64,000 bases of DNA from a virus, in IMG/VR virus record IMGVR_UViG_3300031963_000016, positions 32,001-96,000 of that record; one strand, written 5' to 3'. Made by a program: the position numbers and the translations under genes. The notes below the pieces were generated by a model. It searched no databases and was not told the origin of the DNA. It saw only the letters and a program-made list of their open reading frames with translations. Below are positions 46,401 through 56,472 of the stretch, piece after piece; position 1 is the first letter of the stretch; the number at the start of each line of letters is the position of its first letter.

Positions 46401-49400
46401 AATTTCTAACTTAGAATACTACACATCTCTAAACTTACTTGAAAAAGATACAGAAACATTACAAATTAAAGATAGTGTAACTGGGCTTGATAAGTTTAAA
46501 AATGGTTTCGTAGTAGATCAATTTACTGGACATGGTGTTGGCGATGTAAAAAATCCAGATTATAAATGCGCAACTGATAGTGAACAGAGAATTTTACGTC
46601 CAATGCATTTTACAACATCTGTCGATATTGTAGAAGATTTAGCATCTGGCGTAGCACGTTCTTCTGCAAACTATCAAAAAACTGGTGATGTGCTGACATT
46701 ACCATACACAGAAGACATTTTAGTATTTAACCCAAATGCATCTAGAATGATAGATGTAAATCCATATAAAATTGGTGCATTTAGAGGACAAGTTTATCTT
46801 CTTCCAGAAAATGATAGTTGGAAAGATGTTGAGCGTCGTCCAGATTTAAATGTTATTGACGATGACAATTATGATGCTATTGCATTTATGGCGGAAGAAT
46901 TAGGAGTTACTGGAACTAAATGGAACGAATGGCAAACCAACTGGACTGGCTCTTCTTCTACAAGCGTTAATTTTGAGACTACATCTGGATTTGTCACACA
47001 AGGATTCCAAACAACTACTACAGTAACTACTGGAACTTCCTCACAGTCAGGAACTCAAACTACATTACAATCTAGTGTCAATAGTCAAGATTATGGTGAT
47101 AGAGTTGTTGATGTTGCCTATGCTCCATATATGAGAGAGAGAGCAATAACATTTATTGCTAAAAATCTAAAACCAAATACAATTTTTTATCCTTTCTTTG
47201 ACACTACTGATGTTGCTGAATATGTAATGCCAGCACAAGTTTTACAGGTAACTGCCTCTTCACCAAATACATTTTTAGAGTTTGAAACAGGTGATCTACA
47301 AGATAAAGTTCTTTTTGATGATCCATTTAGAACTACATGGAATGGAGTTGCAGAAGCAGCATTTCAAATTGGGGATGTTGTTCAAAATGCTGCACATGCT
47401 GGACCAGTAAATATTACAGCTATTAGTCATTTAACTGCACCAGGATATTCGTTTAACTTAACTGTTGCTAACTCTACTGGAATTGAACCTGGTCACCATG
47501 TTATCATTTACAACTTAGCAAATTTTAGAACACATACTCACTTTGAAGATCGTGTAGATTATCAGATTCCAATGCCACAAGGTAATATTACTCCTGGTGG
47601 AAATACTTCACAAAGTTTAAATATGGAAGTGTTTGAAGTTTCTGCTAAATCTGGCAATGTTTTAACACTAAAACGCAGAGATGATTCTATTATTCCTGCT
47701 TTTGAAGCATATGATACAACTCGTTATATTGCAGAGACACCAACACGTCTTGGACGACTATATCGTTTAAGAGCGTCAGGTGTGGTTGTTTATGCAGGAA
47801 CAGAGTATGGTAATCGTGAAACAACATCAAATAAACCAGTAACGCAAGATATTCATATTGTTAATATGAAACATGCATTTGCTTTAAATGATGTTATTGT
47901 TGGCAGAACACAAATTTCTACAGGCAGTTATAATCGTGCTACTGTAAATGCTATCAATGGCGTTACAACTGCAGCTAATGTGGCAGCTGCAAGAAAGAAA
48001 ATGGGCGGCACTATTAGAACAGATGATACTGGAACTGCTGTTGGAGTATTTTATCTTCCTAATAATGATACTCTTCGCTTTAGAACTGGTGAGCGTGAAT
48101 TTAAGTTAATTGATAATATATCAAATACTGATGCCGCATTTGATTCTATTGGAAAAACAAACTTTAATTCTCAAGGTATTTCTCTAACAATGGAAAAAAC
48201 TATTGTTAGTAGTCGTGAAGCAGAATTTGCTCAGGATCGTTTATTCCAAGAAATTCCTGTTCGTAGAGAGTCTGTTTCTACTCGTCTTCTTTATACTATC
48301 GATAATACTCCAGTTTGGTCTGGAGGAGGTGGTGATGGTGGTGGCGATGGAGGTGGTGGGCATGATCCATTAGCACAAACATTTACAGTTGTATCTAAAG
48401 GTGGATGTTTTGTTACTTCAGTAGATTTATTTTTCTCAGAACAAGGAACTCGTCCAGTTATTGTAGAAGTGAGAAATACTAGCAATGGCGTTCCTTCTTC
48501 GAAGATATTACCATTCTCAACTGTGATTAAAAATCCAGTTGATATTAAAACATCAACAAATGGTTCTATTGCAACAACATTTACATTTGATTCTCCACTT
48601 TATTTACAAGATGGTGAAACATATGCTCTAGTTGTAAAAACAGATGAACCAGGATGTCAGGTATTCTGCTCAGAACTAGGACAAACAGATATATTAACTA
48701 ATAATATTATCGCTACACAACCATTAACAGGTTCTTTATATCTCTCACAGAATAGTCAAGAGTTTCAAATTAATCCTCTTCTTGATATAAAATTTACTTT
48801 AAGAAAAGCTGTATTTGATACTAGTGTAACTTCTCAAGTTAACTTGAGAACTACTCCGCCAGTAAGATTTAAATTACCAAATGATCCAATTGAAATTACA
48901 CCAAATACTACAAAAGTTCGTGTATATGCTCCAAATCATGGCCATGTAGCTGGCGACATAGTAGTATTAGATGGATTTATTATGGGGTATCGTTATGGTG
49001 GAGCTACGCAGTCTTATGGATTTGATGCTATGATGTTAAATGGAGAGCATACTATATTAACAGATGGATTAGATAAAGATTCTTTTGTTATTGATATTGA
49101 TATTACTGATGATTCTAACAATAGTATTCTTTCTGGCACTACTGCTGATTTTGTTAAGGGTGAATATGGAGGTTCTGGAATCACTTGTACTCGTGGAGCA
49201 TTTGCAGATGCTGTATATTTAAAAACTAGTGATTTATCTTTCCAAGATACATCATTAAATTACTATGTTGATTCTCAGGATTTAACAGGTACATTTAGTG
49301 GTTTTATGCCAATGGTTTCAAATGCTAACTATTTCTTTCCAACAAGAAAACAAGTTAAAGCATATGAAAATCAAACAGAAATTAGTGGTGTGAAAAAATC

Positions 49401-50481
49401 TTCATTAAGATTCCAGGCAAGAATGAGAAGTGATAATCCTAATGTATCACCTGCGATCGATCTACAACAACTAGCGTCATATGTGATCGCAAATTTAGTA
49501 GACGATTATACTCAAAATGAAATTAATGTTACAGAAATTGATTCTAGAGAATTACTAGGTGGTGGAGATATCATTTCTGGAGATGTAACTATTTCAGGCA
49601 CAGGACAGATTACATGTTCTACTGCTTCTGCAGTAGTTAATGGAACTAGCACTCTATTCCAAACTCAAGGAAAAGTTAAAGTTGGTAATATATTAAAAAG
49701 ATTATCTGATGGTGCAACTATTGGTACAGTATTAACTATTGATAGTGATACTCAGATTACTCTTACCGCAAATGCTGCAATAACTATTGCATCTAATGCT
49801 AGTTATACCATTTCCGCTGCACCAACACTATCATTCTCTAATTCAGGAGGATTGGGCTTAATAGCAACAAATATTGATACTGCTGATAATGCTCTTACCA
49901 ATGCTACTATCGGTAAATATATTACTATTAGTAATGCTCACTCAAATGTAAATGGAACATATGTTGTTAGAGATGTAAAAGTAATCAGTGATACAGTAAC
50001 CTTTGCAGGTAATGCAGAATCTGACGCTGTTAACATTTATGTTTATCCACAATTTACTGGATCCGCAAGTATTGATATGATTACTGATCCAGATTTCTCT
50101 ATTGTACAACATGATAAATATGTTGAAGATTTTGCTCCTGTAGGAAGCACTAATGCTGCAAACTACATGACAAGAACTTTATCTTTAGTGGATCCAGCAG
50201 ATAATATTAAATTAATATTTGATGCATCTATCGTATCTTTAACTGATGTTAAAGTATATTATAGAGTATGGGAAGGTGAAGTAGATCTTAAGAAATTGCC
50301 TTGGAATGATTCTGAATATGTAAATCCTCTTTACAATAGTGAGGGAGTTTATACAGAAAGAACAATAGATATTAGTAGTTCTTCTCCATTTAAAAATGTT
50401 CAAGTTAAACTTGTTATGAGATCTTCTGATCCATCTAAAGTTCCTTTAATTAAGAATCTTAGACTTATTGCTTATTCATGA
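43447..50481 (+). CDS. Large virion protein, DUF4815 / VrlC-like
   Basis: N..PY.DDY..FYRVLFRPG.AVQARELTQLQ.ILQ.Q..FKNGF.VD.F.GH..DPLAQTF..P.IKNLR.IA. Confidence 0.88.
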   Translation: MAINFNTEPYNDDYSADNDFYRVLFRPGYAVQARELTQLQTILQQQVTRFGDHVFKNGSVVVPGAVNYDHRVHFIKLESTYNDLSVQSYLTQFRNKIITGVTSGVKYRVIDTSQCGCVAEQIEIQTLYCKFEKTAADGSTARFIPGENIVAYEADNQTSTNPLLSVNQQGDIYATIKSLGDAGQSPTRYTENASSDVMGYAFQVDVKEGIYYIDGFFVRNPELHLYVGRFQSYPSARVGFKVTESIVTSDDDETLLDNAQGSLNYAAPGADRYKISLELVKLPLQSTDSIRFVELLRVIDGVVQFKINKSSYAELEKTLARRTLDESGNYEVNKFRLSVREHLNNGSNFGVYPPVPITGPVTSANTIYGDEDKFALVIDPGRAYISGYEVDSTATQYLGINKAREIIVNNVTDEGGHIVRLEDQPIGLQMGNYALVTNVYNVPGVTTFDQVYLVNRLTVTAGNAPASNTIVGTARIKYIELHSSDYSGGTSTVYKLGLFDINMSPGYSFTHDVKQIVGTGATNNFSCDIRPSLYQLQGTATSSTGSTTITGVGTNFSEVLKAGDVIYINGVFIGRVNTTPTNNLSLTLAANAAATVAGGSISQFHAQVYEPEFDSLVFPVGAQFVKTLRGYDSGTATDSIKSSQVTVKRIFTAAADGAGLLSVQLTNLKEFFLPNDLDNYTVFDNVTKLPVNISASNITFNIVGDLTDDTPRKTVNISGLVASRSYTLIASVLQIETAASEKTKTLVTNYVGDIITTKKSVTANIIELTKADALRIKNVYMTPGDYTAFNAGNQVDITERYTLDDGQRSTHYTNAKIILKPGFQVPSGAIKVVYDYFQVSGSGNYFSVDSYSTIPYEDIPSYFVTDPVTKNKTEISLTNVLDFRPIIAGTNTWYPEMPSRGNDANAPMAYYVGRRDKIVLDSVGRFNVIGGVPARVPQEPEDPKEGLVIATLFIPPYTKNVKDIKVYQRDNRRYTMKDIGKLDRRISNLEYYTSLNLLEKDTETLQIKDSVTGLDKFKNGFVVDQFTGHGVGDVKNPDYKCATDSEQRILRPMHFTTSVDIVEDLASGVARSSANYQKTGDVLTLPYTEDILVFNPNASRMIDVNPYKIGAFRGQVYLLPENDSWKDVERRPDLNVIDDDNYDAIAFMAEELGVTGTKWNEWQTNWTGSSSTSVNFETTSGFVTQGFQTTTTVTTGTSSQSGTQTTLQSSVNSQDYGDRVVDVAYAPYMRERAITFIAKNLKPNTIFYPFFDTTDVAEYVMPAQVLQVTASSPNTFLEFETGDLQDKVLFDDPFRTTWNGVAEAAFQIGDVVQNAAHAGPVNITAISHLTAPGYSFNLTVANSTGIEPGHHVIIYNLANFRTHTHFEDRVDYQIPMPQGNITPGGNTSQSLNMEVFEVSAKSGNVLTLKRRDDSIIPAFEAYDTTRYIAETPTRLGRLYRLRASGVVVYAGTEYGNRETTSNKPVTQDIHIVNMKHAFALNDVIVGRTQISTGSYNRATVNAINGVTTAANVAAARKKMGGTIRTDDTGTAVGVFYLPNNDTLRFRTGEREFKLIDNISNTDAAFDSIGKTNFNSQGISLTMEKTIVSSREAEFAQDRLFQEIPVRRESVSTRLLYTIDNTPVWSGGGGDGGGDGGGGHDPLAQTFTVVSKGGCFVTSVDLFFSEQGTRPVIVEVRNTSNGVPSSKILPFSTVIKNPVDIKTSTNGSIATTFTFDSPLYLQDGETYALVVKTDEPGCQVFCSELGQTDILTNNIIATQPLTGSLYLSQNSQEFQINPLLDIKFTLRKAVFDTSVTSQVNLRTTPPVRFKLPNDPIEITPNTTKVRVYAPNHGHVAGDIVVLDGFIMGYRYGGATQSYGFDAMMLNGEHTILTDGLDKDSFVIDIDITDDSNNSILSGTTADFVKGEYGGSGITCTRGAFADAVYLKTSDLSFQDTSLNYYVDSQDLTGTFSGFMPMVSNANYFFPTRKQVKAYENQTEISGVKKSSLRFQARMRSDNPNVSPAIDLQQLASYVIANLVDDYTQNEINVTEIDSRELLGGGDIISGDVTISGTGQITCSTASAVVNGTSTLFQTQGKVKVGNILKRLSDGATIGTVLTIDSDTQITLTANAAITIASNASYTISAAPTLSFSNSGGLGLIATNIDTADNALTNATIGKYITISNAHSNVNGTYVVRDVKVISDTVTFAGNAESDAVNIYVYPQFTGSASIDMITDPDFSIVQHDKYVEDFAPVGSTNAANYMTRTLSLVDPADNIKLIFDASIVSLTDVKVYYRVWEGEVDLKKLPWNDSEYVNPLYNSEGVYTERTIDISSSSPFKNVQVKLVMRSSDPSKVPLIKNLRLIAYS

Positions 50482-50729
50482 ACAATTTAATTAAAATACA
50501 AGGTTATAGCAACCTAAGAAAAGATAAAACAAATAAAGGCATCATTAATGTAGATCATAACGCATATCAAAATTATTTGATGTCAAAAAATCTAGTTAAA
50601 AGAAATATGTTAGAAAAAGAACAAGCGCAGCAGACTATTTCTTCTATGCAAGAAGAAATAAATAATATTAAAGATGACATTGGTGATATAAAAACAATGC
50701 TGCAACATTTAATAAACAAGGATAAATAA
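50478..50729 (+). CDS. Small coiled-coil protein following DUF4815
   Basis: ATGA overlap; IIN.D...Y..Y motif. Confidence 0.7.
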   Translation: MNNLIKIQGYSNLRKDKTNKGIINVDHNAYQNYLMSKNLVKRNMLEKEQAQQTISSMQEEINNIKDDIGDIKTMLQHLINKDK

Positions 50730-51949
50730 TGCCTATCGTATACAGAGTTGTTCAGGGGAGACCTCTAACAATAGCCGAGGCAGACGGTAACTTCCAATAC
50801 GTAGAAGAACAGTTAGCCCTTAAATTAGATAGCAGCGATTATACAGCTGCTGAGATATTAACAAGGTTGTTAACTGTAGATGGTTCTACTTCTGGTTTAG
50901 ATTCACAGTATCTACATGGATTATCACCACATTCTACAGTATTACCTGTAGGAGCAAATAAAAGTTCAGTTGTAACTAGAAATTCTGATGGTAATTTTAT
51001 AGCAAATACTATTACATCAAATCTAGTTGGAAATGTTACTGGAAACTTAACAGGAAATGTTACTGGAAATGTTACTGGAAATGCAACAGGTTTAAGCACT
51101 ATTCTTGGTTTATCAAATGGTGGCACAGGAACTACTACTGTTGAAGGTATACGAACACTCATCGGTTTAAATACGATGGGATTACAACCATCTACAAATG
51201 TTAGTATTACAGGTGGAACAATAACAGGAATTACACCACTCTCTATTTCTAATGGAGGGACTGGAGCGAATTCTGATAATTTAGCAAGAGTTAATCTTGG
51301 TCTAGTTATAGGACAAGACGTACAAGGATTTGCTCCAATATTAACTTCTTTATCTGCTTTATCTACAACTGGTATCGTAGTTAAGAGTGATGGCACTACA
51401 TTAATATCTAGATCTTTAACCGCTGGTTCAAATATTAGTATTTCTAATGGTAATGCTATTTCTGGAAATCCTACTATTTCATTGGTTTCTAGTCCAGCAT
51501 TATCTGGGACTCCTACTGCTCCTACTGCAACTTTTGGAACAAACACCACACAGATTGCAACTACGGCATTTGTTAAAACTGCTACAGATAACTTAGATAC
51601 TTCTCTTCGTTCATATGTTGATACTGAAATAGCTGATGCAGTTAGTGCCTTTACTGATAGTGCAAAAGCGTGGATTGTTTTTGATGGTTCGGACTTAACA
51701 ATTAAAGCGCAGAAAAATATCCAGAGTGTTGTGTTACAGTCAGAAGGTAGATATTCGATTAACATAACTCCAGGAGTTTTTGCGAATGGCAACTTTGTTG
51801 CAGCAGGAATGGCTTCTGATGATGACCATAATGTAGTTTATGTATCATCTACTTCTACTAATTTAGTTATTAATACTGTTGATAACGGAAGCAGCAATAA
51901 TGTATCACAAACTACACAAGGTGACGTAAGAGTCATTATGTTCGCATAA
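50729..51949 (+). CDS. Tail fibre-like protein
   Basis: G.PLT..E.D.NF; GNVTGN repeats; PTAPT..TQIATTAFV; AW..FDG. Confidence 0.75.
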   Translation: MPIVYRVVQGRPLTIAEADGNFQYVEEQLALKLDSSDYTAAEILTRLLTVDGSTSGLDSQYLHGLSPHSTVLPVGANKSSVVTRNSDGNFIANTITSNLVGNVTGNLTGNVTGNVTGNATGLSTILGLSNGGTGTTTVEGIRTLIGLNTMGLQPSTNVSITGGTITGITPLSISNGGTGANSDNLARVNLGLVIGQDVQGFAPILTSLSALSTTGIVVKSDGTTLISRSLTAGSNISISNGNAISGNPTISLVSSPALSGTPTAPTATFGTNTTQIATTAFVKTATDNLDTSLRSYVDTEIADAVSAFTDSAKAWIVFDGSDLTIKAQKNIQSVVLQSEGRYSINITPGVFANGNFVAAGMASDDDHNVVYVSSTSTNLVINTVDNGSSNNVSQTTQGDVRVIMFA

Positions 51950-51957
51950 GGATACGT

Positions 51958-52380
51958 ATGAAAAAAGTTTTGTATTTAAAACATGACGGTAATGTTGCTT
52001 TAATTTCAGCTGTAACAGAAGAAGCTGCAATTTCTGCAGTTCCAGTTGGTTTATCTCATTTAGTTATCAATCCAGAAGATCTTCCTGCAAAAGAAATTTT
52101 AGCAGATTTTTTTGGAGCACTTACTGCAGATTTTGGTAACATTGAAAAACCAAATGTTAGAATTGATATAAACAAAGCAAAAGACCTAACTAAAGAAAGA
52201 TTGAGAAGAGAAAGAATTGCTTTATTTGAAAAAAATGATATAGAATTAAGAGACGCTATGCTTTCTAATGATAAAGTTAAAATTGAAAATGCGGTAAAAG
52301 AAAGAGATAGATTAAGAAATATAACTTCTCTTGTTGATAAAATTAATACTTTAGATAGTTTGAAAAAATTACACCCATAA
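51958..52380 (+). CDS. Tail fibre assembly/chaperone-like protein
   Basis: Position; KAKDLTKERLRRER..R.RLRNIT. Confidence 0.55.
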   Translation: MKKVLYLKHDGNVALISAVTEEAAISAVPVGLSHLVINPEDLPAKEILADFFGALTADFGNIEKPNVRIDINKAKDLTKERLRRERIALFEKNDIELRDAMLSNDKVKIENAVKERDRLRNITSLVDKINTLDSLKKLHP

Positions 52381-52393
52381 GATAGGATAATAA

Positions 52394-53311
52394 ATGGCTG
52401 CTATTACTACGAGAGCTATAGAAGCGATAACAGGCACTGGCACTATAACCGCAACTACATCTAGTGCGACTGTTACTGGCTCTGGCACTCAGTTTACAAC
52501 TCAAACATCTCCTGGGTTTATTTTAAAAACTACTGCAGGAGTAACGATAGGAATTGTTTCTAGCATAACAAGTGCGACATCTTTAACATTAACTGCTAAT
52601 GCTGCAGTTAATGTTACTAGTGAAACATATGGAATTGTTACTCCAGGTGTAACTTTAAAAAATTCTCCACTTTCTAACACTGAAATAGACAACAATTTTT
52701 TACAATTAGATTCTACCAAACTAGAACGAACTGCAAATTTAAGTGATCTTTCCAATGCTTCTACTGCTAGAACAAATCTTGGATTAGCTATAGGAACTAA
52801 CGTACAAGCATACGATGCTGACTTGGGTGCTTTGGCAGGATTAACTACAACAGGATATATTGTTAGAACTGGTGCAGGAACTGCATCTACTAGAACATTT
52901 ACTGGTTCCGTTAATGAAATTCTTATTAGTAATGCTGATGGCGTATCTGGTAATACTAGTATAACCATTGGTTCTAATATCCCAAGATTAAATGCTGCTA
53001 CAAATGTGTTTTCTGGAGACATAACTGCAGCAAACTTTAATTCATCATCTGATCAGAATTTAAAAAGAAATATTAAACCAATTGAAAATGCTACAGATAC
53101 TCTAAAACAATTAGAGGGTGTATACTTTGAATGGATTAAAACTGAAAAACCATCTTATGGTGTTATAGCGCAGAAATTAGAAGAAGTTCTTCCTGAATTA
53201 GTTGTAACACAGGATGGTGTAAAATCTGTAAACTATCTCGGCTTAGTTGCCTTTTTAATTAATGCAGTTAAGGAATTAGACTCCAGAGTGCAAGAATTAG
53301 AATCTAAATAA
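52394..53311 (+). CDS. Tail fibre with C-terminal peptidase S74 intramolecular chaperone
   Basis: SSDQNLKRNI..L..YGVIAQ.LE.V.PELV..VNY.GLV..LI.AVKEL. Confidence 0.85.
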   Translation: MAAITTRAIEAITGTGTITATTSSATVTGSGTQFTTQTSPGFILKTTAGVTIGIVSSITSATSLTLTANAAVNVTSETYGIVTPGVTLKNSPLSNTEIDNNFLQLDSTKLERTANLSDLSNASTARTNLGLAIGTNVQAYDADLGALAGLTTTGYIVRTGAGTASTRTFTGSVNEILISNADGVSGNTSITIGSNIPRLNAATNVFSGDITAANFNSSSDQNLKRNIKPIENATDTLKQLEGVYFEWIKTEKPSYGVIAQKLEEVLPELVVTQDGVKSVNYLGLVAFLINAVKELDSRVQELESK

Positions 53312-53313
53312 AT

Positions 53314-53321
53314 TATAAATA
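53314..53321 (+). promoter_or_regulatory. T4-type late promoter
   Basis: TATAAATA. Confidence 0.65.
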
Positions 53322-53355
53322 AAGAAGTAAACGCCGAGTTCTAAAGGGAGCGAAG

Positions 53356-53616
53356 ATGGCAATCAAAATTCAAAATACAACTGTCATAGACGACAGTAGA
53401 AATGGCACTTTAGTTAGTCTAGAGCTAACTGGCACAGGTGCTTTAAAACTCCCAGTAGGCACAACAGCACAAAGACCATCCCCAGATCAGCAGGGGCATA
53501 TTCGTTTCAATACAGATACAGGAACTATTGAAGGATATGGTCTAGCTGGAAATGGTACTGGTTGGGGCGCAGTTGGTGGCGACGATGCCTTGGCTTTAGC
53601 AATTATAGGTTTATAA
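53356..53616 (+). CDS. Small fibre-associated protein
   Basis: LKLPVGTTAQRP..G.IRFNT..EGY..W. Confidence 0.7.
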   Translation: MAIKIQNTTVIDDSRNGTLVSLELTGTGALKLPVGTTAQRPSPDQQGHIRFNTDTGTIEGYGLAGNGTGWGAVGGDDALALAIIGL

Positions 53617-53632
53617 ACGGAGAACAATAAAA

Positions 53633-54595
53633 ATGACTGTTAATATCTCAGCATTGGAAACAATTATCCAATCAAAAATGAACGCTTTAACAGCGGGGAG
53701 TGATAGTAAAGAAGTTATCTATCTCGCTAAAGCATTAGAAGCACTTGACAGCGGTGTTTTAACTACTTATGCTTTATACTCTAGTTTACCTGCTGCAGCC
53801 GATTCTACAGGACGTGTTGTATATGTCGCAGATACTTCTAAAGTGTATTATTCTAATGGTTCTACATGGGTTGTTTTATCTACTGCTCAAGATCCAAATT
53901 TCCAAATTAATACTCTTGGTGTAGAAGTATTAGAGACTGAAGATTATCTATTAATTACTAATGCTGTTACTAGCTCTGAAGATTGGGATTTAATTACTAC
54001 AACTCCAACTTCCACTGCAGATAATTTTCAACTTTCTTTAGTAAATAAAGGAACACAGGGTGATATTTATATCGATCCAACTTGGTTTACTTTTACAGTT
54101 TATGATGGTGTTACACGTGCTGGTGTTAAACATTTAGCTGCACATAAAAATAACATTGATTTTGATAATATGACTGCAACCCAGCAAGGTGTAGTTCATC
54201 TTATTAAAAATGATAATACAACTATACCGCTAGGTACTCCAACTCCTATACCATTTACTTCTGCAAGAATTCTTGATACTAGATTAGGTTCTTTTAGTGC
54301 AGGTTATTACACTACTAATTATGAAGGTTGGTATAAAGTAGCATTTTCTGCTTGGACCGATGGCGATGTTTACTTTATGCTTGGTGGTTCTTTATCTGCT
54401 CTAGATAATAATACAGTTACTGCTCCAGAAAACTGGGTTTCTGTTACTCGTGTTGTTTATTTGCAAAAATACGAAGCACTAAGATTGTATGCTATGTCAG
54501 ATGGTATCGGTACGTTAAGCACTAGAATTGTTTATGGTAATGATTACAACCATCCAAATATGACTCAAATGACTTTAGAGTATCTTGGAAAATAA
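53633..54595 (+). CDS. Fibre-associated protein with possible C1q-like C-terminal domain
   Basis: PIPF....F..GYY......GWY.V.F...V.L..LRL...M..EYLG. Confidence 0.55.
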   Translation: MTVNISALETIIQSKMNALTAGSDSKEVIYLAKALEALDSGVLTTYALYSSLPAAADSTGRVVYVADTSKVYYSNGSTWVVLSTAQDPNFQINTLGVEVLETEDYLLITNAVTSSEDWDLITTTPTSTADNFQLSLVNKGTQGDIYIDPTWFTFTVYDGVTRAGVKHLAAHKNNIDFDNMTATQQGVVHLIKNDNTTIPLGTPTPIPFTSARILDTRLGSFSAGYYTTNYEGWYKVAFSAWTDGDVYFMLGGSLSALDNNTVTAPENWVSVTRVVYLQKYEALRLYAMSDGIGTLSTRIVYGNDYNHPNMTQMTLEYLGK

Positions 54596-54618
54596 TTATT
54601 TGGAAATAAGGAAATAAT

Positions 54619-55299
54619 ATGTCAAAACAAGTAAGATTTAGAAGAGGTACTACTGCACAGCATTCTACTTTTACTGGTCCAGCTGGAGAAATTACAGTAG
54701 ATACAGATAAAGATGTTTTAGTAGTTCATAATGGTGTAACTGCTGGTGGTATACCAATTGCTCGTGCAGATCGTCCACGTGGATGGACTAGAACTGAAAT
54801 TTTTACAGCCAATGGTACTTGGACACAAACTGGTAAAACAGATATAAAAAGAATAATTGTTACCGCTCACGGAGGTGGTGCTGGTGGTTCTACAAACGGA
54901 TTAACTGGTGGTTCACAAGGTGGAGTTGGCACTGTGGTTTTAGAAACTTCAGCTATCACTACAACTGTAGCTGTAACAATTGGTTCAGGTGGTGCAGCTG
55001 GTGCAGCTGGTGGTACAACTTCTTTTGGAACTTATATTAGTGCAACTGGTGCTGCAGCATCTTCATCTGGCACTCCTGGCGCACCTGGAACACCAAGCGG
55101 TACAGGCGTTATAAATCTTGGGTCTCAGGGTGCTATATCATCTGGTTCATCTAACAATGGTGGTCAAGGTGGTGGACTAGGTGGTGGCGGTGGTAGCACT
55201 GCAATTGCTGGAAAGGGAATTTTTGGTAGTGGTGCTTCTGGAAATGCCGCTGGGTCAACAGGTTCCATTATTGTGCAAGAAATATATGGATTTGTATAA
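54619..55299 (+). CDS. Mtd_N + glycine-rich adhesin-like protein, copy 1
   Basis: QVRFRRGTTAQH..FTG..GEITVDTD....VVH.G.T.GG (major tropism determinant N-terminal pattern) + Gly-rich domain. Confidence 0.8.
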   Translation: MSKQVRFRRGTTAQHSTFTGPAGEITVDTDKDVLVVHNGVTAGGIPIARADRPRGWTRTEIFTANGTWTQTGKTDIKRIIVTAHGGGAGGSTNGLTGGSQGGVGTVVLETSAITTTVAVTIGSGGAAGAAGGTTSFGTYISATGAAASSSGTPGAPGTPSGTGVINLGSQGAISSGSSNNGGQGGGLGGGGGSTAIAGKGIFGSGASGNAAGSTGSIIVQEIYGFV

Positions 55300-56472
55300 T
55301 ATAAAGGATAGCTAATATGTCAAAACAAGTAAGATTTAGACGAGGTACTACAGCGGAACACGCTACTTTTACAGGAATTGCAGGTGAAGTTACTGTAGAT
55401 ACTACTAAAGTTGTTCCTGTAGTGCATAATGGAAGTACAGCAGGTGGCATTCCTTTACAAAGAGAAGATCGTCCACGTGGTTTTACAAGAAGAGAAATTT
55501 TCACGGCTAGCGGTACTTGGACACAAACTGGTAAAACAGACTTAAAACGTGTTAGAGTAACTGCCTATGGAGGTGGTGCTGGTGGTGCTAGTGGTAATAG
55601 CGGTGGTGGTGGAGCAGGTGGTATTGGAATGGTTATGCTTGAAACATCTTCATTAACTACTAACGTATCCGTAACAATTGGTTCAGGTGGTGGAGTAGGT
55701 GTCGCAGGTGGTACAACTTCTTTTGGAACTTATATTAGTGCAACTGGTGGTGCAACAGGTTCTGGTCGATCTGGTGGAGCTGGCGGAACTGCCTCTGGAA
55801 CTAATGTGCTTATTTTAGGTGGTCAAGGTGGTGGTAATGCTATGAATGGATCTGGATGGGCTGGTGGCCATGGAAATAACTATACAGCTGCTGGTGGTGG
55901 TCCAGGTGGTGGAAGATACGGACAAGCAGCCAATGGAATTTTTGGTGGCGGTGGTGGCGGAACTGCAGCAGGAGTTGCTGGGTGTGTTATAGTTGAAGAA
56001 ATTTATGGCATGGTTTAATAGGAGTGATATAAATGTCAAAACAAGTAAGATTTAGACGAGGTACTACTGCTCAACACGCAACTTTTACTGGTGCATTAGG
56101 AGAGGTTACAGTAGATACAGACAAAAATGTAACTGTTGTTCATGATGGTACACTAGCTGGTGGTTATCCTTCTGGCAGAGAAGATCGTCCACGTGGATGG
56201 ACTAGAATGGAAGTTTTTACTACTGTTGGTGCTAATACTTGGACACAAACTGGTAAAACAGATTTAAGACGTGTTAGAGTAACTGCTTACGGTGGAGGTG
56301 GTGGTGGTTCTACTAGCGGATCTGGTGGTGGTGGAGGAGCAGGTGGAGTTGGTAGTGTAGTTTTAGAAGTTTCTTCATTAACTACTAACGTAACAGCAAC
56401 AGTTGGAGCAGGTGGTGCAGCTGGCGCAGCTGGTGGTACAACTTCTTTTGGAACTTATATTAGTGCAACTGG
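55009..56472 (+). repeat. 41-nt identical block in all three paralogues (55009-55049, 55707-55747, 56432-56472); also a 26-nt block (54817-54842, 55515-55540, 56237-56262)
   Basis: GGTGGTACAACTTCTTTTGGAACTTATATTAGTGCAACTGG; ACTTGGACACAAACTGGTAAAACAGA. Confidence 0.9.
55317..56018 (+). CDS. Mtd_N + glycine-rich adhesin-like protein, copy 2
   Basis: Paralogue of 54619-55299. Confidence 0.8.
   Translation: MSKQVRFRRGTTAEHATFTGIAGEVTVDTTKVVPVVHNGSTAGGIPLQREDRPRGFTRREIFTASGTWTQTGKTDLKRVRVTAYGGGAGGASGNSGGGGAGGIGMVMLETSSLTTNVSVTIGSGGGVGVAGGTTSFGTYISATGGATGSGRSGGAGGTASGTNVLILGGQGGGNAMNGSGWAGGHGNNYTAAGGGPGGGRYGQAANGIFGGGGGGTAAGVAGCVIVEEIYGMV

Noticed and set aside
54817-56472. CRISPR-like regularly spaced repeats
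   Set aside because: Repeats are in-frame coding blocks ~700 nt apart in paralogous genes; no cas genes
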